Positions 30,095-39,568 of a stretch of DNA of 64,000 nt are shown one piece after another. The position numbers and the translations under genes were made by a program. The notes below the pieces were generated by a model, which saw only the letters and a program-made list of their open reading frames with translations, was not told the DNA's origin and did not search any database. Numbering within the stretch: position 1 is the stretch's first letter; each line of letters begins with the position of its first letter. The stretch spans positions 3,104,001 to 3,168,000 of the forward strand of contig OZ242326.1 in the NCBI GenBank assembly GCA_965208325.1, read 5' to 3'. The stretch comes from Candidatus Poribacteria bacterium (GTDB lineage: Bacteria; Poribacteria; WGA-4E; PCPOR2b).

Positions 30095-32467
30095 TCACCG
30101 ATCCGGCTTGAGCATCAAGGTGTGTACGGGCGGGCCCGGCAGGAAAGCGTGAGCTTCTCCTTTCACCCAGTGCTTATGTCCATCCCTGTAATTTCGCGAC
30201 AGTGGGTGCCCCGACTGACCGCCGGGCATGTGTAATATGCCGTCTTCGTGCCGTCCCGGTGAGACGACGAATCGTTCAGACGCACCAAAGTCCGGTTTCG
30301 TGACGCGGACGCAAAACGTCCCTCCCGGTTGTAAATCTTGCGCCATGTTCAAATATTTGCCCAATACCGGGATGCGCCGCCCCAATGGATGGGTAATATC
30401 TGACGCGTTGATTCGACCCCAAGTCAGTTCATCAAGCGCAATTATATGGTATTCACGATATAACTGTTGAAGCACCTCTTCCAACTTGACGCGTATCCAC
30501 ACCTCCCAATTTGGGTAGCTGGTATCCGGAATCAGCTCGGGCACCTGCTCTGTGAGCATCATCCGAAGCGGGGGTTCGATGGTACGCCATGTAAAGACGA
30601 AGTTTTCATCCACTTCTTTACAGCGAGCCAAGAATGGCGTAAACACATCAGTCGCTAAGCGTTGGTGGAAGTGAACGAGTACACCGTAGCTGACGCTGTC
30701 CGCCGCTGCTTTACCGTTCCACGCTTCGATATGGCGGCGCACGGCTATCAGCTCTGGCGCATTCGCAAGAGCCTCGTTCGTCAACACTGAAAGCGCAAGC
30801 TGTTGGTAGAAATCGTAGAAATGGCTGGTTGTATCCAACTGTAGTTGGAGCATATCGGCTTCCGTAATTTGATCCATCTCACTTAGGCGTTCGTTGATTC
30901 GGTAGGCGCGGTAGCTGTTTGAGTAATTGTGACCGATTATATGCGGGTAGTCTTTGCCGAGCGTCCGATTGTTCGCGGTTACCAAGAATCCCGCAGGCGG
31001 ATCTATCACGCTCGGCAGCTCTTCCGGTGGTATGTAGCCTTCCCAACCGGTTTTCCCATCCGCCCAAGACTTGCTCGTAGCGCCGTCAAAGCCATTTCGA
31101 ACGGGCGTCCTGCCGCAGTAAGTCCAAGCAATCCGTCCGGTGTTGTCAGCTATGGCGGCATTAAGCGGCGGTCCTCCGGAACGATTCATGACACGAATAG
31201 CATCTTCAAGCGTGTCGGCTTCATCAATGTGTAACAAGCCGATGTCCACGGCTTGCGGCTCAAGTGCGGTCCAGTGTATCGCAACAGGTTGCCGCATCAG
31301 CGCGGTTTCGCTGACGGGACCCCAAATTGTCAGCTTAACAGGATGTTCAACCGCCGCGCCGCCTTTAACCCGAATGGTTTCGTTCACAACCTCAAATCGT
31401 TTCCAGCCAGCGGGTGTCATATACTCTTCCGGGTTTTCGGGGTTTAATTCTAAGCCGACAAGATCAAGAAAATCGCCGCTGATGTTTGTGAATCCCCACG
31501 CCACATGCCCGTTAGAACCGGCGACCACGCCGGGGACGCCCGGCATAGCCACGCCCGACATTTCAACATCGCCGTAGCGAAGTGCGGCGCGGTACCAGAT
31601 GTTCGGAACGCTAAGCCCCAGATGCATATCATTGGCAACCATGGCGCGTCCGTCGCTGGTCTTCGACTTTGCGGCAGCCCAGTTGTTCGATCCGACACGC
31701 GGCTGTATCTGAACCAACCCTGCGCTTTTGCCGGTCGGCGCGGATGCGCCGCGGACTGAAGCCAGCGCTTCAATAGGAATCGATCGGATGGGGCGATGAG
31801 AATGTTTCCCGCCCAATAAAACGGTCGTATAGTCGTCTGTATCAGGGGTCAGAAATTCCACAACCTCCGGCGGAAGCGATGCCGCCATGACGCTCAGCAT
31901 CCTTTCATCTTCCTCGCTATGCCGGGTTAAATCCTGAAATATATTCAGCATCACCAAGATGCTGTCTTCGACTGTCCAGGGTTTGGGCCGATAACGCAGG
32001 ACAAGAAATTCAAAAGGCAGGACTTTTGCCGCATTGATATAGGCATTTATGCCCGAGGCGTAGCTGCGGAGTATCTCTTTTTGGTCTTCCGGGAGATTGG
32101 CGGCGATGGCTTTCGCCGCGCGGGCAAAACCGATGGTGCGTTGACTTCTATCGAAGCCCAACGCCCCTTTGCCGAGGATTTCGCTGAGCCTTCCGGCGGC
32201 GCGCCGGCGTAGGATATCAATTTGCCAGAGGCGGTCTCGGGCGGTTATATATCCCAATGCCAGCGTGGCATCCAGACGTGATTGAGCGGCAATTGTTGGT
32301 ATGCCGTATCGATCCGAAGTAATCTTGACCGGCGATTCCAATCCCGGCACGCGCGCCTCGCCATCAAGCTTTGGCAGAGACGCACGAATCAAAACTAGGA
32401 CAAAGATAGCACCGCCGACGGCGATAACGAGTAACAATAAAACAACCGTAAAAATGATTCGGAGCAT
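30095..32467 (-). CDS. penicillin acylase family (Ntn hydrolase, peptidase S45)
   Basis: DRYGIPTI, ARDRLWQ, GSNNW nucleophile Ser, ANDMHL, TANN, PGGQSG. Confidence 0.93.
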   Translation of the reverse strand: MLRIIFTVVLLLLVIAVGGAIFVLVLIRASLPKLDGEARVPGLESPVKITSDRYGIPTIAAQSRLDATLALGYITARDRLWQIDILRRRAAGRLSEILGKGALGFDRSQRTIGFARAAKAIAANLPEDQKEILRSYASGINAYINAAKVLPFEFLVLRYRPKPWTVEDSILVMLNIFQDLTRHSEEDERMLSVMAASLPPEVVEFLTPDTDDYTTVLLGGKHSHRPIRSIPIEALASVRGASAPTGKSAGLVQIQPRVGSNNWAAAKSKTSDGRAMVANDMHLGLSVPNIWYRAALRYGDVEMSGVAMPGVPGVVAGSNGHVAWGFTNISGDFLDLVGLELNPENPEEYMTPAGWKRFEVVNETIRVKGGAAVEHPVKLTIWGPVSETALMRQPVAIHWTALEPQAVDIGLLHIDEADTLEDAIRVMNRSGGPPLNAAIADNTGRIAWTYCGRTPVRNGFDGATSKSWADGKTGWEGYIPPEELPSVIDPPAGFLVTANNRTLGKDYPHIIGHNYSNSYRAYRINERLSEMDQITEADMLQLQLDTTSHFYDFYQQLALSVLTNEALANAPELIAVRRHIEAWNGKAAADSVSYGVLVHFHQRLATDVFTPFLARCKEVDENFVFTWRTIEPPLRMMLTEQVPELIPDTSYPNWEVWIRVKLEEVLQQLYREYHIIALDELTWGRINASDITHPLGRRIPVLGKYLNMAQDLQPGGTFCVRVTKPDFGASERFVVSPGRHEDGILHMPGGQSGHPLSRNYRDGHKHWVKGEAHAFLPGPPVHTLMLKPDR

Positions 32468-32801
32468 ATCAATTATGGTTCCACAACGCCAGTTTGAAAT
32501 TCAGAGTCCGTCCACAAGAGAGACTAATTTGAGATAGCCGATAAATATTATGGCACAATCGAGGGGGTTTTGGTAGTGAGAATTGGGTTGGCAACGCTGG
32601 CGACTACGGATTTCATAAATTTTATAACGGGGACGATATATTTGGGTTAGAAAATTACAGTTTTTACAGTCTATAAAAAAAGGGGGAAAAAGCCGCTCAG
32701 ATGTAGTGTTTTTGGGGTTCGGGAGGCTATAATTAACATATATTAATTTGATAGGAGTATAGTGTTGTTTTCCGAGTGACACGAATTTGGGATTGCGGCG
32801 G

Positions 32802-33234
32802 AATTTTTCAACGTCATTGCGACGGAATTTGGACGAAGTTTTTGTAGGTTGGGTTGAGCGGATTATCCCAAATCCGTTCCTATCCCAAAAAACGTTTCGA
32901 ACACGAGCCGACGACCTTGGCTCATCACATTAAGCGTAACCCAACGCTTTTCGGATAATTCAAACTATTTCTATAATCGAAACACAGCGAAATAACCAAA
33001 AAGCGTTGGGTTACGCTCTACATTTTTTTCAACGTCATCGTATGGGAATTGGACGATGTTCGGGCGAACTGACGTTTCTGGGACTGGTCGCTCAACCCAA
33101 CCTACAAGAACTTCATCACAAATGCGGGGCAAGCGGAAAACTATTAGGAAGACTATCGCCATCGCTATTCACTCAGTTGATCCCCGCCTACAGGGAGTGT
33201 AGGGTCTAGCTACAAGTGTCAAGGAGGAGGATTT
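32802..33234. repeat. composite nested REP/REPIN-like element (left island flank)
   Basis: Outer arms GACGAAGTTTTTGTAGGTTGGGTTGAGCG / CGCTCAACCCAACCTACAAGAACTTCATC; inner arms AGCGTAACCCAACGCTTTT / AAAAGCGTTGGGTTACGCT; then GCGGGGCAAG...CCCCGCCTACAGG..GTGTAGGGTCTAGC. Confidence 0.8.
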
Positions 33235-33330
33235 CACTCGCCAAGGCTGTTGCACGTGCTATTCACGCGCTTGATTGCTTAAACGAACTTACAGGAACTA
33301 GAGAATTCGGGAATTCAACATGAGAAAGAC

Positions 33331-33408
33331 TTGACAAAGCCACTATACTTAATGTAAAATAGGCTGTATATAGTGGATATGCGGGCTTAAGTACACAATA
33401 TATGCAAA
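33331..33408 (+). promoter_or_regulatory. sigma70 promoter with tandem NrdR-box-like operators upstream of the terminase pair
   Basis: TTGACA(33331)-N18-TAAAAT(33355); AGGCTGTATATAGTGG (33361) and ACACAATATATGCAAA (33393), 32 bp apart. Confidence 0.5.
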
Positions 33409-33502
33409 TAAGTTCAACATTGTGAACTGCAGCCGGTGAAAAAACGGTTTACCTGCGGCGATTCACGACAAAAAACAAATTTCAGATTCGGGAGACACTA
33501 AA

Positions 33503-34063
33503 ATGAAACTGACAAAGGAGCGGATAGACAGTTTGGCTAAGGCTCTTCGGGGCGGCGCGATAATCAGATGGGCGTGCGTTTCGTCGGGGATATGCGAAAA
33601 GACATATTTCAACTGGCAAAACGAGTTTTCGGACGGGAAGTTAGAGCCGTTTGATCCCGACGAAACGCTCGACGAGAACCCTAGCCGCGAGGACCTACTC
33701 AGGTACTTTGTGCGCGAGACCGCAATGGCGTTGAACGATTATTCTTCCGGCTTATTGGAAAAGATTCATCAGGCGGACTCATGGCAGGCGGCGGCATGGA
33801 TTTTGGAGCGGCGATTCCCGGAGGAATTCGGGCGCCGCGCCGCCACCCAGCAATCAGAATCAGCGGATGAAGTGCATACGGAATCCGAAACGACGGAACA
33901 AACCGAGGCGGAGACCGGGGAACCAGAGGATAACCCGAGTCATCCGAACTATAACGGCAGACCCCCGAACGGGACCTTTGAGACGTTAGCCCGTCGTTGG
34001 GACAAACTAAACTCCCCGCGAAAAGCGGGAGGAAGGAGTAATGACAAGATGCCAGAAGTTTAA
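33503..34063 (+). CDS. putative terminase small subunit-like HTH protein
   Basis: N-terminal HTH-like ACVSSGICEKTYFNW; WQAAAWILERRFPEEFGR motif recalled from phage TerS-like proteins; overlaps the TerL start. Confidence 0.6.
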   Translation: MKLTKERIDSLAKALRGGAIIRWACVSSGICEKTYFNWQNEFSDGKLEPFDPDETLDENPSREDLLRYFVRETAMALNDYSSGLLEKIHQADSWQAAAWILERRFPEEFGRRAATQQSESADEVHTESETTEQTEAETGEPEDNPSHPNYNGRPPNGTFETLARRWDKLNSPRKAGGRSNDKMPEV

Positions 34064-35861
34064 GTGGCTGCAGTCGTGGGTTGAATCGCTCGATTGCAAT
34101 GAACAAATCATAACAATAAACGACATGCGGGAGGAACTTGCGCCCGAAGAACGCGGCGAATTCGACGAGATTGCGGGATTCGCGTCGATCGCCTACTTTG
34201 CGAAACGACATTTTCCCACTTTTACGAAATTGCCTTTCGGCAAACATCACACGACGTTTTTTAACCCCATCCCCCGCGGCGAACGCGGCATGAAAGTGAA
34301 TATTCTCGCCCCCCGCGGCTCCTCGAAGTCGACCTGCCTGGCGGTAATTTATCCACTCCACTGCATTTTCTACAAGTATCTGTACAAAGAGTTCGGGAGG
34401 CCGCACGACGATTACATTCTCATCCTGAGCCGCACCTACGAGAACGCAATTGAGCGCATCCAGGATATCCGTACGGAAATCGAATACAACGAGGCGTTTC
34501 AGCATCTCAAGAGCGACAAGACGTGGGGAGAAAAGCACTCGGTTACATCCAACGGCGTGAAGTTGGTTGCGCAGTCTCGCGGCGGCAAGGTCCGAGGCAA
34601 ACTGTCCAGAGGAACCCGTCCGTCGCTTGTAATTATGGACGACCTCGACGACCTCGACAGCATCAGGAATCCAAAGACGCTTGAAAAGGATACAGATTGG
34701 TGGGAGTCGGACCTGATGCAGTGCGGGGACGAGAATACCAATTTTATCTGCGTTGATACGGTCAAAGCGGTTAAGGCGATAGCGAATCAGCTTCAAGTGA
34801 AGCCGGGTTGGATTTCGCACAATTTTAAAGCAATAGAGTTTCCGACGGAATTGAAGCACCCGAAGCACGAAGCGGAATGGGACGGATATCGGGCGCTTTA
34901 CTGCGACCGCGCATTCGACCCGTTCGAACGTCAGGAAAAGTGCGATGCATTCTACGAGGCAAATAAAGCCGCGATGAACGAAGGCGTCGTGGAACAGTGG
35001 CCGGAAAAGTGGTCGTACCGGAGGATTCGCGAGAAGGAATTCGAAAGCGGCAGAGCGCTCATTTTACGGGAATACCAAAACCTGCCGGTCGACCGCGCGA
35101 TGGCGTGGTTCCCAATGGATGAAGCGATTACGTTTGAGACGACGCTAGAAGGATTGCTGCGTTCGGATGGTCGGCTGGTGCGCTGGGGAGAGCTCAGCGG
35201 CGCGACGATATTCCTGGACTGGGCGGGTGCCCGTGAGAGTCGGGAAGAGAACTGCTACGCCGCAGTGGTCACGGTGGTTTGGGAGCCCGTGGAAGATGGG
35301 AAATACGACGATATAATGACGGTTCCGGCGTACGGGTATGTATATTCAGTGAAGTTGCTTCGGGGGTCGCGAACCGAACAACTCGACGCACATATTCAAG
35401 AATTTATGAAGGTCAAATCGTTTTTGTCCCCGCGAGCAAATCGCCCGGATTTCTATTTGAGGTGCGAGGCTTTTGTGGATACGACCGGTGACATGGAAAT
35501 GAATTTCGATCGGGAGTACGATGCACTCCGGGCTAAACACAGGATTTCGGAACGCGTCAAATATGTCCCCCGAATTAAGCGTAAAGAAGACAGAATCGCC
35601 GCGCTCCAGGTACCCATAGAGAATGGTTGGTTATGTTTTTCGACGGAGTTGGCGGAACTGTATATGGATCAGATGCGGCATTTTCCTCACGAGCAGTTTA
35701 ACGACGGTCCCGACGCCACGGAAGGGGCATTTTCGGAACCCGTTACCATTACGATGGCACAGATTCGTGAAAAGCGGAGAAGGCGGAGGGAAGCGGCGGG
35801 TGACGAGGAGCCGTGGCACGAGACGAGGCGATTACCCGACTTCACGGTGCCCTACAGCTGA
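34041..35861 (+). CDS. phage terminase large subunit-like protein
   Basis: Walker A ILAPRGSSKST; VRG..RPSLVIMDDLDD Walker B; REYQN; nuclease-domain IFLDWAG, K.DRI..L..PIENG, FP...NDGPDA; strong RBS. Confidence 0.85.
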   Translation: MTRCQKFKWLQSWVESLDCNEQIITINDMREELAPEERGEFDEIAGFASIAYFAKRHFPTFTKLPFGKHHTTFFNPIPRGERGMKVNILAPRGSSKSTCLAVIYPLHCIFYKYLYKEFGRPHDDYILILSRTYENAIERIQDIRTEIEYNEAFQHLKSDKTWGEKHSVTSNGVKLVAQSRGGKVRGKLSRGTRPSLVIMDDLDDLDSIRNPKTLEKDTDWWESDLMQCGDENTNFICVDTVKAVKAIANQLQVKPGWISHNFKAIEFPTELKHPKHEAEWDGYRALYCDRAFDPFERQEKCDAFYEANKAAMNEGVVEQWPEKWSYRRIREKEFESGRALILREYQNLPVDRAMAWFPMDEAITFETTLEGLLRSDGRLVRWGELSGATIFLDWAGARESREENCYAAVVTVVWEPVEDGKYDDIMTVPAYGYVYSVKLLRGSRTEQLDAHIQEFMKVKSFLSPRANRPDFYLRCEAFVDTTGDMEMNFDREYDALRAKHRISERVKYVPRIKRKEDRIAALQVPIENGWLCFSTELAELYMDQMRHFPHEQFNDGPDATEGAFSEPVTITMAQIREKRRRRREAAGDEEPWHETRRLPDFTVPYS

Positions 35862-36234
35862 TCTCGAAATTTTCATTTTGCATCTTATGATTGGAACGCA
35901 TTGCGAACTAAACAACGGAACGAACGGTGATGGCAATGACTGCTACTTCTGCACGTAGGTTGCGTAGAGCGGTATTGTGAGAATCATGCAATTAAGGCCG
36001 CGTCTCTTGTGTGAGTAGAGGTTGAATCAAAATCGGCATTACTTCGGGAAACCTAACGAGCAAGCGTCCGAGCGGGAAGCGCGATAACATCGGTGCCGGT
36101 GAAAATTTCCGCGTACGAACTCTAATTGTGCACGCGGGCCGATGGCTCAAACTTTTCGGGCGGTGAATCGTTACCCAATCGAAAGGAATTGACCGGCATA
36201 GGGGACGATAGGCGCGCGGTTAGGTAGTCACGCA

Positions 36235-36540
36235 TCAATCTTTCGTATCTTCTGCCCGTGGGGACCGTGCGGTAGCGCCGCGCGCTAAAAGGTCTTCACG
36301 GGCGGTATCCAGTTTTTCGAGCAATATCTCTCCGACGGCCTCTCCGAGAACTTCAGCGGCCCGATGCAGCACGATTGAACGTAGTTCAAGCATTTTATCC
36401 TTGTTTTCATGATACAAGACCGCTTGCTTCGACACGCCGTACGCTTCGGCAATTTTATCGAGCGGAATTCCTATCAACCGGCTGATGATTATGTCGAGCG
36501 TATCCAAATCCGTTATCTTACGTCCGTCTTGTCTTGCCAA
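36235..36540 (-). CDS. small helix-turn-helix DNA-binding protein
   Basis: GIPLDKIAEAYGVSKQAVLYH HTH; TTG start with GGAGGG RBS. Confidence 0.7.
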   Translation of the reverse strand: MARQDGRKITDLDTLDIIISRLIGIPLDKIAEAYGVSKQAVLYHENKDKMLELRSIVLHRAAEVLGEAVGEILLEKLDTAREDLLARGATARSPRAEDTKD

Positions 36541-36640
36541 TGAAATCCCTCCAAAATTCGCAATAAGAAACTATCACCCCCTATTCTATAGGATTAGCCG
36601 GCATTCGTCAGTTTGACTTACTTTGTATTAGTTTTTGTTA

Positions 36641-36668
36641 TTGACAAACGAAAATATTTTGCTATCAT
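36641..36668 (+). promoter_or_regulatory. putative sigma70 promoter
   Basis: TTGACA-N16-TATCAT with extended -10 TG. Confidence 0.5.
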
Positions 36669-36844
36669 CCTCTCATTCGGGGCTGAGGTGATTTCGTTAA
36701 GCGCAAGGATGGCAGAGCGCACGTTGGAAAATACTGATTTGCCAATTATTGCCACAGTCCCATTCATGGTGCAATTTAACGCATCCGTTAAACGGTTCAG
36801 TATGTCTATCGGAATAAATCCAGCGCTAAGAGAGGATATTTGTA

Positions 36845-37558
36845 GTGGAACAATTCATGCTAGTTAGTATCTACGCTTTGACTTTTTCTCTGTGCATTTC
36901 ACCGGCAACCGCTCAAGAAGCATACCTTGATATAGTCACGCTCAAAGACGGGACAGTTTTAGAAGGAAGAATATTAACAGATCTTCAACCACACCACCTC
37001 GAAAAACGAGTTTTAGTATTACAACGAACCAATCCTAACGGATTTCACGAGACCTTAGAAATCCCGTGGGATAAAATTCAGGATGTTAATCGGAAAACCT
37101 ATTATCGCCCAATACAGACAACAATGAGGAAGAAAGATAAGTATTTTGCAGGGTGTACCTCATTTGTATTGCCCGGCCTCGGACATTTCTACGCAGGAGA
37201 ACCGGAAAAAGGTATGATGTTTAGCGTCTCGGGTATATTGGGCTGGACGCTCCTAATCACGGGGGCAAATGATAACGTAGGTAAAATTGATTTTGACGGC
37301 GACGACGATTTAGTGCTTTTCGGTTTCTTTTTGTTACTCGGCGCTACGGTATTCTCGGTAATAGACTCCATAGATAGCGTTGAAGAATTTAACGCACAAG
37401 TAGCTAAGTCAGTGAGACAGGAAGAATTACCATTCGCGATACTGCCGGGCACGCCGAAGTCCTATCGCGAGGGAGAACCGGGCGACATAAATTACCAGCC
37501 GGAATCAGCGGGAAACGAAGAAGAAAAGGCAGGGGCGACACTCCGGATTCCTTTTTAA
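36845..37558 (+). CDS. exported/membrane hypothetical protein with TM2-like segment
   Basis: Signal peptide (..ATAQ), DIVTLKDG..LEGRI, SFVLPGLGHFYAG followed by TM helices. Confidence 0.65.
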   Translation: MEQFMLVSIYALTFSLCISPATAQEAYLDIVTLKDGTVLEGRILTDLQPHHLEKRVLVLQRTNPNGFHETLEIPWDKIQDVNRKTYYRPIQTTMRKKDKYFAGCTSFVLPGLGHFYAGEPEKGMMFSVSGILGWTLLITGANDNVGKIDFDGDDDLVLFGFFLLLGATVFSVIDSIDSVEEFNAQVAKSVRQEELPFAILPGTPKSYREGEPGDINYQPESAGNEEEKAGATLRIPF

Positions 37559-37955
37559 CCCAACGCGCCGAAAGCGATAAGAATTTTAACCAGAATTGAC
37601 CATATACAGGTCACTACTTGTTTCGATTTCAAGCAAAGGGGTTTCCAACGGAGCATAATGCTCCAGGGAGAAGGCGTAAAACGGATAGCAGCAGACGGAT
37701 GACAAGCCAGAGACAGAATTGTTAAATCCGATAAATCGAAACACAGTGATTCGACGGGGATAAACTCAACAAAGGCGGATATCACTTGTGGAAAGCAACA
37801 CTAATGTGAGTTTTTGGGCGGAGAAGCGCAATTTGACGTCTTGCAATGTAGAGCGGTTCCATCAGGCATTCAATTATCGCGCACCACATCAGGTGAATTT
37901 TCAATAATCGGAGCCGTTTAAAACCTGAATAGGTTGCAAAGGGTTTCAGCTACAC

Positions 37956-38753
37956 TTAATCCGAATCGCTCCGCATATGTTCATGTTGCGGTTCAAGCGC
38001 ATGGCAGGCGGTACACAGAACCTTTAGGTTTGCGTCCGAGTTGTCGTATCGTAATCCGTTGATGTGGTGGACGTGTAAAAGAGGCCGGCTTTCGGCGGCG
38101 CTAAAATCTCCTCCGCAGCTCTCACATGTCCAGTCATTTTCCTCGCGGAGGCGGAGTGAGGTTGCTGGCCAGTCGCTTGTATATTCGTTTAATGGGGCCG
38201 TAATCTCAGCGTGTATTGGAGTCGGCGTAATCTGCGAAGGGTATTGCAAAAAAAATTCTTGCAATTCAAATGCGTTCACGGTTTGGCGCTGTTCAGCACG
38301 TCTACAATCATTATAATCTTTATAGTTCAGTGCTTTCAGACAATTTATACAAACGGCTAACCTTTGCTCCGCTCCCTCCTCGATTAAGTTGCGCGCGTCG
38401 TCGTAAGAGTTTACGGTAAACATCCCATCGTTGCGCGTTGCAACGACATATCTGTCGTACCGGTTATCTGCTCTCATCCTAGATAATGTGTCGCAATTTG
38501 CAACGTGAAACTTATACGGTTGATACTCTACGCGTTGGTCGCGAATATACACAACAACTTTTCGGCCTCTGTATTCGAGCGTGCCGTCATCAGGATATTC
38601 GAGAGCATCCGGTGAGATATCAAGTCCCCTTGTGTCCAGCGCAAGGCTTATCGGGTCCCAGTCTCTTTCGGAATTCCATGAAACAAGTTCGGCACGCATT
38701 TGTTCACGCAACCGATTTAATCCTTCATTCTGTAAAAAATCAGGTAGGATCAT
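37956..38753 (-). CDS. HNH endonuclease, ZorE-like effector
   Basis: CESCG...LHVHHINGLRYDN...NLKVLCTACH; start overlaps the zorB-like stop by 4 nt. Confidence 0.85.
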   Translation of the reverse strand: MILPDFLQNEGLNRLREQMRAELVSWNSERDWDPISLALDTRGLDISPDALEYPDDGTLEYRGRKVVVYIRDQRVEYQPYKFHVANCDTLSRMRADNRYDRYVVATRNDGMFTVNSYDDARNLIEEGAEQRLAVCINCLKALNYKDYNDCRRAEQRQTVNAFELQEFFLQYPSQITPTPIHAEITAPLNEYTSDWPATSLRLREENDWTCESCGGDFSAAESRPLLHVHHINGLRYDNSDANLKVLCTACHALEPQHEHMRSDSD

Positions 38754-39556
38754 TCTTGCTCTCCTGACTTTTTCATATGCTCTTCTAGTTTTTCTACCAG
38801 TGCCGCTATTCGTTTTTCAGCGTTTGTGCGCACTCGGAACTCTACTCGTCGTGATTCTTGCCGATTTTGTGTGCCATCTGGATTAAAGATTAGTTTGCTT
38901 GATGATAATCCGTTTGCAGTAAGATGCTTCGTGATCCATAGTTTGTTGCGCTGAATCTGAGGGTGTTTGATGTCAAGCACGTATTCTAGTACGCTTCTTG
39001 TTCTATCCTGCGACAACTTCATGTTGTGAATGTAGGCTTTGTGTGGGCGGTCGTCCCTATACCATTCGCTTGACGTGTGTCCTTCAATCCTAATTTCGGC
39101 GATATCATTCCTGTATTTGTATTCGCCGTCCTTCGTCTTAGTTTCTGTTAGTATCTCAATGTATTCCGGGAAAAATTTATTCAAAATCTCCTTGAAAGGC
39201 GGCCGTACGATAGCCTTACCTTGCGCAAATAACACTTCAGGTTCTCTGAATCGAATAGATAGCGTTTTCCTATTCAAGACAGCATTCCATTCTTTGAGAT
39301 GCGGGGAAAACTTCCTCTCAAGGTCGTTAAACAGATCGCGCTTCAAGTTCTTGTGTGTGTCAACAATTTGCTCAATCTGCGCAATAAGTTCTATCAAAAT
39401 TTGATTATCACCGCTTACATGCAGCATGTAACTGATGGCGATGAAAAGGAATATTACCATCAGCCCTGCCATCATGTCCGAAATAGATATCCAGTGTTCC
39501 TCCGTGTCTTGCTCTTTGCGTCTTAAAATGTCACCGTTGTGCATGGGATTCCTCAA
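38750..39556 (-). CDS. zorB: OmpA/MotB-family protein, Zorya ZorB-like
   Basis: HWISISDMMAGLM TM with conserved Asp; IRIEGHTS, LSQDR, SRRVEF. Confidence 0.85.
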   Translation of the reverse strand: MRNPMHNGDILRRKEQDTEEHWISISDMMAGLMVIFLFIAISYMLHVSGDNQILIELIAQIEQIVDTHKNLKRDLFNDLERKFSPHLKEWNAVLNRKTLSIRFREPEVLFAQGKAIVRPPFKEILNKFFPEYIEILTETKTKDGEYKYRNDIAEIRIEGHTSSEWYRDDRPHKAYIHNMKLSQDRTRSVLEYVLDIKHPQIQRNKLWITKHLTANGLSSSKLIFNPDGTQNRQESRRVEFRVRTNAEKRIAALVEKLEEHMKKSGEQE

Positions 39557-39568
39557 CTTTAATTGGCG

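Noticed and set aside
33699..34868. 389-aa antisense ORF over terS/terL
   Set aside because: Fully overlaps two motif-bearing plus-strand genes and has no recognisable motifs; most likely a codon-bias shadow.
36679..36720. GGGGCTGAGGTGATTTCG just after a promoter, reminiscent of a tmRNA 5' end
   Set aside because: Lacks the GG.TTCGAC consensus; no matching 3' acceptor/T-arm or tag reading frame found.
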